From the NCBI GenBank assembly GCA_047967505.1, contig CM106538.1: a stretch of DNA of 64,000 nucleotides, one strand, 5' to 3'. A program made the translations under genes and the position numbers. The notes beneath the pieces are model-generated. The model had not been told where the DNA came from. It ran no database searches and worked only from the letters and a program-made list of their open reading frames with translations. Each line of letters begins with the position of its first letter. Within the stretch, counting starts at the first letter, position 1. Positions 1 through 9,900 of the stretch are shown one piece after another. This stretch comes from Dipteris shenzhenensis. Taxonomy: Eukaryota.

Positions 1-2
1 AT

Positions 3-3000
3 TCTGGTGCTTCATTCCATGTTACTCCCCATAGGGAATGGTTCTCCACTTATGATAGTGGAAAGACAGGTTGTGTGCATCTTGGAAATGACTATGCATG
101 TGACATAGTGGGAGCAGGTGACATAAAGTTTTCTTTTGCAAACGGGTCTGCATTTGTTTTGAAACATGTGAGACATGTGCCTAAGCTGACCAAGAGTCTT
201 ATTTCAGTGGGTCAGCTAGATGATGCTGGTTTTCACACCACTTTTGGCTTTCAAAGTTGGAAAATTCAAAAGGGCTCTATGCTTTTGGCCAGGGGTGCCA
301 AGTGTGGGACTTTGTATCCCTTACATGTATCAGGGGTATTTGATCATGTTGTTGCAATAACCGAGCAGCCAAGCACTTCTTTGTGGCATTGCAGGTTGGG
401 GCACATGAGCCAGAATGGAATGAAACTCTTATGCCGTTTGGGTTATGTACCGCATTTGAGTTTCTCTGATTTTGAATTTTGTGAGCACTGTCTCTATGGG
501 AAGCAGACTAAATCAGCCCATAAAAGAAGGGGAAAGAAAGAGTTTGAAATGCTTGATTTGGTGCATTCAGACGTATGTGGTCCCATGCCTACACGGTCAT
601 TAGGCGGGGCCGAATACTATGTGACATTCATTGATGATGCAACTAGGAAAGTGTGGGCTTATGCTATAGCTCGGAAGAGTGATGTATTCCAGGTATTTCA
701 AAAATGGCTGGCCTTGGTTGAGAATCAGTCAGGTAGAATGCTTAAATGCCTACGGACTGACAATGGTGGAGAGTATCTCTCTCATGACTTTCAGCATTTC
801 TGTGATACACGTGGGATTAAGAGGGAGCTCACATCCCCTCGTACTCCAGAGCAAAATCCAGTTGCAGAAAAGATGAATCGTACCATTCAAGAAAGGTTGC
901 AATGCATGCTTTCCAATGCAAGTCTTTCTGGTGGTTTTTGGGCTGAGGCAATGAAGACTGCAGTGCATGTGATCAATAGATCACCTAGTAAGAGTTTGGA
1001 TGGTGGTATTCCTGAAGAGGCATGGAGTGGCAAGAAGCCCTCTTACTCTCATTTGCGTATATTTGGGTGTGAGGCATATGCACATGTGCCAAAAGAGCTT
1101 CGAAAGAAGCTAGATCCTAAGTCTAGGAAATGCATCTTTCTGGGTTATGGTGAAAGTGGAGAGATGGGCTATCGTCTCTGGGATCCAGAAGCAAAGAAGA
1201 TCATACGCAGCCATGATGTGGTCTTCAATGAGAAGAAGATGCATAAGGCACCCATGAGGGATGTGGAAATGAGGAGAATCACTTTCCAGGATGTGAATCC
1301 ACCTGCATATGTTGATAGACAGCAAGCTGTCCATGCACCAAATGTGCAAGAAATGGTACCACCAAGTACTCCCACAAGTATACAATCAAGGGTAGATGAT
1401 GGATCATCTATTGGTGGAAATGATGAGCCAAATGTGGCTGATATGCAAGTGGGACAGCAAGCTGAAATGCCCTTGAGAAGATCATCTAGAGTGTCTAGAC
1501 CGCCTGATAGGTTTGTTCCAGGGGTAGACTATGTGATGCTTACTGATTGCGGGGAGCCTTCTTGCTACAAAGAGGCTATGATGCGTGAGGATCAACGCAA
1601 GTGGGAGTATGCTATGCAATCAGAGATGAGTTCACTTATGAAGAATAAGACTTGGGACTTGGTTTCTTTGCCACATGGAAAGAAAGCATTGCCATGTAAA
1701 TGGGTCTACAAAATGAAGGTCACAGGTGATGATGTGCCTAGATACAAGGCCCGTTTGGTTGCTAAAGGGTTCAAGCAAGAGAAGGGTGTGGACTTTGATG
1801 AGATATTCTCTCCGGTTGTGAAGATGACCACACTTAGATGCATGCTTGGACTAGTGGCAGTAGAGGATATGGAGCTTATGCAAATGGATGTCAAGACAGC
1901 TTTCTTGCATGGGGATTTGCATGAGGAAATTTACATGGTGCAGCCGGAAGGCTTTGAAGAAAAGGGCAAAGAGCATTTAGTTTGCAAGCTGAAGAAGAGT
2001 CTCTATGGTCTTAAGCAAGCGCCTAGAGAATGGTATCAGAAGTTTGATGCTTTCATTCGGTCCCAGGGTTTCAGAAGGAGTGAAATTGATCACTGCCTCT
2101 ACACTAAAAGGGCTAAGGATAATAGCCTAATAATCCTGGCACTATATGTGGATGATATGCTATTGGCTAGCAAGAATACTTATGAGCTAGATGCATTAAA
2201 GGCCAAGTTGCATGAGGCCTTTGATATGAAGGATTTGGGACTTGCAGGTCATATTCTTGGTATGCGCATCACGCGTGATCGGAGTAGGAAACTCCTTTGG
2301 CTTTCACAAAAAGAGTATGTTACAAAAGTATTGCAGCGTTTCAATATGGAGGGGGGGAAGGCAGTGAGTACTCCATTGCCTCCATATGTGAAACTGAGTC
2401 ATACAGATAGTCCCAAATCAGATGAGGAGAGGGCCATGATGGCCAAGGTTCCTTATGCATCAGCAGTTGGGAGTCTTATGTATGCTATGATAGCTACTAG
2501 ACCAGACATTGCATTTGCAGTGGGAGTTGTTAGCCGGTATATGGCTAATCCAGGAAAGAGGCATTGGGAGGCAGTTAAGTGCATCATGAGGTACATGAAG
2601 GGTACCAAGGAGATGTGCATTTGCTTTGGTAAAGGAGACATGCGTGTACTTGGGTACACAGATTCAGACTATGCAGGGCATGTGGATAGTAGGAGATCCA
2701 CTTCCGGTTATGTGTTCACCTTTGCAGGTGGTGCAGTGTCGTGGATGTCTCGTGCACAAAAGTGCATTGCTTTGTCTACCACAGAGGCTGAGTATGTTGC
2801 AGCCATAGAGGGTTGCAAGGAGGCTATATGGCTTGATCGGCTAGTGGGAGATTTGGGGATTCATACAGGTGTACCGACATTGCATAGTGATTCCATGAGT
2901 GCTATTCAGCTAGCACGGAATCCGGTCTTTCATGCAAAGACCAAACACATTGAGGTCAGGTATCATTTCATCAGGGAGGTACTTGAGGACAAGCGCATAG

Positions 3001-3104
3001 AGCTTGTCAAGGTTCATACAGATGATAACCCTGCAGATATGCTGACGAAGAGTCTACCTAGTCAGCGGTTTGAGTATTGTCGTGTATTGATGGGCATTGG
3101 ATAG
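3..3104 (+). CDS. copia Pol polyprotein, 5'-partial (protease, integrase, RT, RNase H)
   Basis: Frame is open from base 3 (SGASFHVTPH, the DSGAS protease motif). It contains WHCRLGH...CEHC, LVHSDVCGP, TDNGGEY, KARLVAKGF, QMDVKTAFLHG, YVDDML and TKHIEVRYHFIR...NPADMLTK in copia domain order. Confidence 0.96.
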   Translation, partial: SGASFHVTPHREWFSTYDSGKTGCVHLGNDYACDIVGAGDIKFSFANGSAFVLKHVRHVPKLTKSLISVGQLDDAGFHTTFGFQSWKIQKGSMLLARGAKCGTLYPLHVSGVFDHVVAITEQPSTSLWHCRLGHMSQNGMKLLCRLGYVPHLSFSDFEFCEHCLYGKQTKSAHKRRGKKEFEMLDLVHSDVCGPMPTRSLGGAEYYVTFIDDATRKVWAYAIARKSDVFQVFQKWLALVENQSGRMLKCLRTDNGGEYLSHDFQHFCDTRGIKRELTSPRTPEQNPVAEKMNRTIQERLQCMLSNASLSGGFWAEAMKTAVHVINRSPSKSLDGGIPEEAWSGKKPSYSHLRIFGCEAYAHVPKELRKKLDPKSRKCIFLGYGESGEMGYRLWDPEAKKIIRSHDVVFNEKKMHKAPMRDVEMRRITFQDVNPPAYVDRQQAVHAPNVQEMVPPSTPTSIQSRVDDGSSIGGNDEPNVADMQVGQQAEMPLRRSSRVSRPPDRFVPGVDYVMLTDCGEPSCYKEAMMREDQRKWEYAMQSEMSSLMKNKTWDLVSLPHGKKALPCKWVYKMKVTGDDVPRYKARLVAKGFKQEKGVDFDEIFSPVVKMTTLRCMLGLVAVEDMELMQMDVKTAFLHGDLHEEIYMVQPEGFEEKGKEHLVCKLKKSLYGLKQAPREWYQKFDAFIRSQGFRRSEIDHCLYTKRAKDNSLIILALYVDDMLLASKNTYELDALKAKLHEAFDMKDLGLAGHILGMRITRDRSRKLLWLSQKEYVTKVLQRFNMEGGKAVSTPLPPYVKLSHTDSPKSDEERAMMAKVPYASAVGSLMYAMIATRPDIAFAVGVVSRYMANPGKRHWEAVKCIMRYMKGTKEMCICFGKGDMRVLGYTDSDYAGHVDSRRSTSGYVFTFAGGAVSWMSRAQKCIALSTTEAEYVAAIEGCKEAIWLDRLVGDLGIHTGVPTLHSDSMSAIQLARNPVFHAKTKHIEVRYHFIREVLEDKRIELVKVHTDDNPADMLTKSLPSQRFEYCRVLMGIG

Positions 3105-3157
3105 TATGCTCATTGGTTGTTCTCCCTTAAAGGCACATTGTCCTTTAAGTTGGAGGT

Positions 3158-3327
3158 TGTGGGGGTTAAAGGTCACTGTGCCTTAACCCCAGTTATGTAC
3201 AATACTCAAACACATATATAAATGAATGAAAAAGAAGATTAGGGTGGTTCTGCACCCACCAAACTTGTGTGGCTCTCTGTCTCTCTCTCTCCTTCTTCCG
3301 TTCTTGCTTCCGTTGAGAGCACTCTCA
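3158..3327 (+). repeat. 3' LTR of copia A (170 bp)
   Basis: Starts TG after the PPT and ends CTCTCA. Its 3' half recurs inverted at 5925-5986 next to a PBS. Confidence 0.9.
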
Positions 3328-4469
3328 GGCACATCTCTCACATGTTTCAAAATAAATGCAGACCCATTTGCAAAAGAAAACTTTATGTCACCTACTCCCA
3401 CTATGTCACATGCATAGTCATTTCCAAGATGCACACAACCTGTCTTTCCACTGTCATAAGTGGAGAACCATTCCCTATGGGGAGTAACATGGAATGAAGC
3501 ACCAAAATCCAAAATCCAATCCTGAGAATATGCATCATCTGAAGTGGTAAGCAACTCTGCAGATAAACTAGACATGAAGAGAACGTCATTGTCACTATCA
3601 TGTGTGACTGCATTGATCTCCTCGATCTTCACTTTTCCTTTGTCCTCCGTTGGACTCTCTTCCTTTTGCTTTGCACCCCAATTTGCATTCTTTTTCTTAT
3701 CCTTTTGCTCTCTTTTCAGCTTGTAGCAATCCTTTTTCATATGGCCCTTCTTGCCACAGTAGTAACACTTAATGTTCCATGCCCTGGATTTGCTACGAGA
3801 CTTCCCTATTTCTTGGGACTTCCCCTTGAACTGTGATCTGCCCCTTTGCACATTTAAGGCTGCATCCTGCTTGTTGCCATCCATATACTTCCGTCTAATC
3901 TCCTCGGCCAACAAGCTACCCACAACATCATCAAATTTTAGTACTCCACCAGGTGCAGAGTTACTGACAGCTGTACAAAAGGTATCCCATGACGATGGCA
4001 ATGAACATAAGAGAAATATTGCCTTAGTCTCCGCATCAAAATTCATCTTCTAAGCCTGAAGCCAGCTGAAAATAATATTGAATTCATTCAAGTGAGAAGC
4101 AATGGAGACCCCTTCCTTCATCTGTAGCTCAAACAACCTCTTCATGAGGTAAACTTTATTAGAGGCAGTTTCCTTTTTATAAGTGGCACACAGTTTCTTC
4201 CACAAATCTTCCGTAGTCTGCTCATTTACTACTGTGAAATAAACTGACTCTACAAGATGAAGTCTAATAGTAGATTTTGCTAATGCATCCAACTCATTCC
4301 AATCATCCTCATACATATTTGCAGGCTTAGCTTCAATCCCTACCAAGGGTTTTATCTGCTTCTTTTGAATAAGCACATCCCTTATTTGTTCTTTCCACAA
4401 AGAAAAGTTTGTCCCATCAAACTTTTTAATGCTAAAAAACTCCTTTTCAAACATAGAAGAGGATGCCAT
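3328..4469 (-). pseudogene. copia gag/protease with internal stop
   Basis: KFDGTNFSLWK, zinc knuckle CYYCGKKGHMKKDC, WILDFGASFH. In-frame TAG at 4050-4052; breaks off at KHVRDVP. Confidence 0.9.
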
Positions 4470-5986
4470 GATGCAAATGAAGCAAAAATCCCAAATGCTA
4501 GTGCCTACAAGAGAGAATCACACCAAATACCAAGCGCACCCAAATGTGTATGCCACAATAGACTGAAATATCACCAAAACTCAAAGCTCAAAGCATCAAA
4601 AGATGCAGCTGACTCATGTGCATGTACTATGCATCCATATGAGCAAATCTGGCCCAAAAGAAAATGCCAACTGCAATGGCAATCCAAAATGCCAATAAGT
4701 GCCAAATGGCTCAAGCATAAACACCATCCATGGGCATATATATCAATAATATTCCATCCAAGAGAGCATAACACTATCAGTGCATCACCTGCAATGTGTC
4801 AAAGCTGTCCCTCAACATAATATAGCATCCATGTCCAAAGCGTCCATAAAAAATAGCATCCCACAAGGAAATTTGGGCCTATCAACGCATCCAATAAGGA
4901 TCGCAATGCATCCAAATGGCCTATAAATCATCCACTGCAACCCAATGCACACCACGAATGAGCGCACATGGCTCACACTGCAACCAGAGTGATCTGCATA
5001 AGGTATGCTCAAGAAATCATGGTCCCACGGAAAAGACCACTGCTGAAAATAGAACCTGAGATGCCTCAAAACATGGGCACCATTGCATAATCGGACTCAG
5101 TGAGAAAATCTGCAAATATCTCTCTTCTGCCGGAACTCCAAAATCCCAACTGATGAGTGAGAAATGGGAGTCAACACTTATCCACTGCCATGTGGCATAA
5201 ATCTAAGGTTTGAAAACCTTAGAATGAAAAATACATAACAGAGAGACGAAATCAAATACACAGAGATCTATAACTCTCAAAATCCTCCACCGAATCGCAT
5301 AAGAACTAACAAGTAGGGGTTTTTGGGCGTTCGAAATGCAATATGGGATAGACGGTTTTAGAAACCGTGGTCTCAATCACTGGGTCCAACACACGGACTG
5401 AAAAACGGTTTTGGAAACAGAGCTATTTGTAAACTCCACCGGAGTGCGAATGATGAGCAACATAGAAGTTTTAGGACCTCTTGAGTCCACTGGAACTGAT
5501 AGATCTGCAAATGGTTGCTCCAAACTTGAGTTCCAACATCCGGGCAGAAAAACGCAAAAACTGACACATTGAGTCAGAAATCCAATGAAATGATCCTAGA
5601 TCCAAGAATGAAGGTGTTTCCAAGCTCCTAAAGTGAAGTGGATACCAAAAGCAAGCAATACTTGCCTCTACAAGTCAATACGGAGTCTCTGTCATCGAAC
5701 GGACAGGGAAAAGCTCAAAAAATGACTTTTTCTTTGAAAACACTTAATAGGCTCTCAAAACCACTTCACAAAACCAAAGTGACTTTTCCAAAGGTTCTAC
5801 ACACTCAGATGCAAGTAAAGTCACCCACAAAGCTTCCCACAGTGCTTCTCCTTCCTCCCACAGAGCTGTTGAGCTTCAAGCATTCACGCACGCTCAGCTA
5901 GATCACCCGGGCTCTGATATCAGTTGAGAGTGCTCTCAACGGAAGCAAGAACGGAAGAGATAGAGAGAGAAACAGAGAGCCACACA
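3328..5986 (-). mobile_element. Older copy (A') of the same copia family: partial 5' LTR, PBS, leader, gag-protease; interrupted by copia A
   Basis: LTR remnant 5925-5986; PBS TGATATCAGAGC (tRNA-Met type, 1 mismatch) at 5911-5922 minus; 3328-3508 is an inverted near-copy of 1-181. Confidence 0.92.
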
Positions 5987-6330
5987 TGACACCCTATTTG
6001 TGCAGCATGCTTTTCTACTGCATTTGGAATGGCTGGAAAAGGAAAATCCCCATGCAGAAAATATAAAACAACATTGGGTGTGGTCAGATGGTGTTGCCTC
6101 TCAATTTAAATTAGCACATGGATTCTACTTCGTCTCAAGGTTCAAATCTAGACATGATGTGAATTTCTTTGGGTCTAGCCATGGCAAAGGTGAACATGAT
6201 GGATGCGGAGCCAACATAAGGGAGCAATGGAGAACATGATGGATGCGGAGCCAACATGATGGATGCGGAGCCAACATAAGGGATGTGAACATGATGGATG
6301 CGGAGCCAACATAAGGGAGCAATGGAGACT
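5987..6330 (+). mobile_element. DDE-type DNA transposase fragment, tentatively Sola-like
   Basis: Peptide HWVWSDGVASQFK...NFFGSSHGKGEHDGCGA resembles the SDG..QFK / HGKG.xDG transposase motif pair. The superfamily assignment is from memory of the motif and is uncertain. Confidence 0.55.
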
Positions 6331-6916
6331 CTCTAGTATTCTCACTTGTATCCACAATTGCAATCAGAAGGAAGAAGGAGATCTCGCTAAGATCTTTATA
6401 GTAATATCTTGCATGAGTGCACTCTCTTACTGTCTAAGGAAGCTCTCATCTCCCTAAGAATGCTCTCTCATCTAAATGAGCATCTCTAACTAATGAATGG
6501 TATAATGAATATGAACAAATGAGGTGGATAAAGGTGGCTATAGGCTTCTTTAATAGTTTTACCTTGGAGTTTTACACTCCACTATATCCACCTTTTTCTA
6601 ATCTCTAATAGATCTCCCTACTTTAGAACATGTGATGTCACATATCTTCTACCTTTTCATTATGGTTAGTGGCCTTACTTTCTAATTTACAACTAAACAT
6701 CATAGCTTGTATACTCTTGCATCAAACTCCCCTAGTTTGAAATTTCAAATCTTCTGATTGGAGATGGATTATCAATAGACAAGCCAACTAGTTTCTTTGA
6801 AGATAGCTTGTTTCATTTTTCTTCTTTGCATTTCCCAACCAAAATGATATTTTAGCTTCACTTTAAACATCTAGGTTCATTCATTGATGTCTTTTTCTTA
6901 CCACTTAATCAAGTAC

Positions 6917-9900
6917 TTTTTTTCCCCAGGAAAAGGGAACTTCTACTAATGCTTGAAAAAAACATCATACAGCTTAGCTTTGAAAGGGAGCTAAGGATGG
7001 GAAATACAAAGAAAAGACCCGGTTGTTAGAGAAGAACTAGCCTATACTAGAGATCCAAGACACTACCGAAGGATTCTCTCTAACAACCAAGGTGGTTTTC
7101 TATACATCCAGTTGATATTTCCCACGAAAAGGGTATAAAAGATTCATGCAAGCCAGGCCTTGCAAAAATGCTCCTACCTTTTGGCAGTCGCTCTCAATTT
7201 TGGGGCACCGCACTCCCAAACAGCATGCAAAGTAAAGATATGTCCTGCCAGATGGCAACTATGGTGGCCGTCGGAGGGACTTGTTGGCTACCCATCACTA
7301 GTTGCACCATGCGACCCGTATATTCCAAGCCATATTGCTAGACACCATCTCTATCCTCTGGCGAGGATGTCAGGTGTACACAAGAAGATGAAGAAGCATC
7401 ATATATCTCTATATGAGAGACCTGCTAACCATGAACATGTATGTTGGCAAAGCTAGATCAATCAAGAAGGCATGCCTTCCCTCCATGAGCCATAAAACCA
7501 CCCTACAGTGAAGTCCCATTACATCCGCTGCATGTGCGCTACAATCTTGAAGGCTACAAGCCATGTGCTCTGAGTTGTAGGGCATCCCCATAGGTAGTGG
7601 GGGATGATCTCTAAAACTCCCTATGCGCAGTAGAAGCACCTACCATGCAACCACATCTGCTCTAACCATGGGCCCATAGGCGATTCCCCCACCCATGTGC
7701 CCATAGGCGATTCCCCCACCCATGAGACAATAACTAGAAGAATTAAGAAGCCTTTCGTGGTCTCAAGCTCTTCTAAAGATAAGGCCAAAAATGGGAGATG
7801 ACCTTGCTGGGAACCTCTTGCTCACCCAATGGTGCTCTCTTGAAGGTGTCCAAGTGGTTGCCTCCAACTGTAGGCACTGCTCAATGCAAGCTGTGTATAA
7901 GAAGAAGGCCATGTCCTCTACCCTATTTGAGTGTCCTACCGAAGCTGGCCAGAACCACTCCCCAAGGTCCCACTTAATGTGCCAAAGAGGCCAACCTTCC
8001 TAGAGCCATAGGTGCCAAACCGCTCCCTCCAATGCTATAAGAATTGTGTCCAAATAATTGTGCCACCCTTTGCCCAAGCAATCCAATCCACTTCCACTTC
8101 TGGCTCTCCAAGGCTGCTTCATCCCCATCGTCCCTCTTTGACTCTACCTCTAGCAAGCCTCCTGGCCCCACCGTGTAAAACCTAGGACAATAGAATCCAA
8201 TGGACTCCCATAAAAAATAGGACCCTGAGAGGCACCCCTATCCGTGAGAACTATCCAAACTAGCTATGAGGGGTCCAGGGACTATGTAGACCCAACCACT
8301 AGGAGGTGGGGATCGTTGCATCTATCTTAGCCATATGTGTGCCTATCCCCTCAAAAGTGAAAGAGCCTACACTTTGTTCTCTATATCCCTATGAAGCTAG
8401 TTGCATCCAAACCCCAAAAGATCTGGTTGGGACACTGTCCCACTACACCAAACTAATGTGCATCCTCTGGTGTAGCATACACCCCTTGTATCCCTGACAT
8501 TTGGGTGCCAAATGTGCAGTTTGCTACCTCTCAAACTCTGCTTTATAAGAAGGGTTGGCATGAATGAGCCCCCCATTAGACGCTGCTAGACCCTAAAAAG
8601 GATCCTCATGAGGGGGGAGCCCCATCCTATAAGGGAAGCCTATAAAAAGATCCACTTGTGGGACTGTTGCCATTATCCACATGTGCAGAGTGTTCCCAAG
8701 GACCCTGTTGGAGGAGGAGCTTCCATGCCTCTATGCCTAGAGTAAGACTACGTACCACAAGCTTGCCCAAGAGAGCTCTACTTTGCATCTCTAGATCTAT
8801 GATATCAAAACCTCCTTGTGCCTATGGCATAATCATCGTCTGCCATGCCACTCAAACTTTAGTATTTCATGTGCCATCTGATCTAGCCCAAAGAAAGTTA
8901 TGCACCAAGCACCTTAGCTGCCCCATGCACCCCAAATGGAAGCACCAACTAGAGGCAATGCACCATGTCGTTGGCAAGAAGGACTTGGTTGACAACCAAT
9001 GCTCTATTGGCTAGGGATGTCTTGGCAAGCTCTAATGCAAAAGCAAGGGAAAAGCTTGCGCTGCACACTCTCTAAAACTGGGGCAATTTACCACTCTGCT
9101 AAGATATTAATACCCACCAGGCAGCTAAGGTATCTCGCTATCTGCCCCTATAGAATCCACCAAGAACCAAAGGAAGCCCCCAACCATGGACCTCTTGAAC
9201 CTCCTCTATGCCCTTCAAGAGTCCAATAAATTTAGTCCAATTGATCTGTGTCCTAGAGGCCTCCCAATAAATAGCCAGGTCTCCCCTAATAGCCTCTAGG
9301 ATCATGGCTGATCCCTCCACATACAAGGTTGTGTTATCTATAAACTATGAGTTTAGAAGCTCCTCCTCCTGTCAAATCGACAATCTCATTCCTCCAACTA
9401 CCTATGATCTCATAAGTAACCTAGCACTTTCACTACAAAGAGAAAGAGGAAAGGGGCAAGAGGGCAACCCTATCGAACCAAATGCAAAAGAGAGAAGGGA
9501 TTTCCCATATGCCCCCAATGATCACATGCTGCATAAAGGATTGAGACTCCTTTAACCCATCGCTCTGAGAAGCCTAGTTGGATGCGTCAATTTTACGAGC
9601 AAAAACCTATGAGCAGGTTTATCCGAGCGTGCTTTTCAAGAGATTTTTAAAAATGTTTTTCTTTAGGAAACATTGTTTTTACACTTTTATTTTCACTAGA
9701 ACTAGATCCCTTTATCATAAAAATATACAGACTAGTCACTCATTCATTTTTACACAACATAATTTTCTTATTTAGAGACATCCCTTTGTACCCCTGTTAT
9801 TACCTTAAAAAAGTGTTGATTCCTTTAAGAAACATTCCTCATAATCACTCTCAATGTAATAATACTATGCATATATAATTACTTATTAACACATTTATAT

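Larger units (their letters stand above)
1..3327 (+). mobile_element. Ty1/copia LTR retrotransposon A, 3' part (5' end lies upstream of window)
   Basis: Uninterrupted pol ORF, purine tract AAGTTGGAGGT at ~3147-3157, then a TG...CA LTR at 3158-3327. Confidence 0.95.

Noticed and set aside
3328-3332. GGCAC next to copia A LTR equals the TSD of the solo LTR at 24960-26040
   Set aside because: Unrelated LTR sequences, and the solo LTR already has both TSD copies; a 5-mer coincidence.
6192-6330. CRISPR-like repeat/spacer array
   Set aside because: Eukaryotic TE context, spacers are not unique, and the repeats are duplicated transposase codons.
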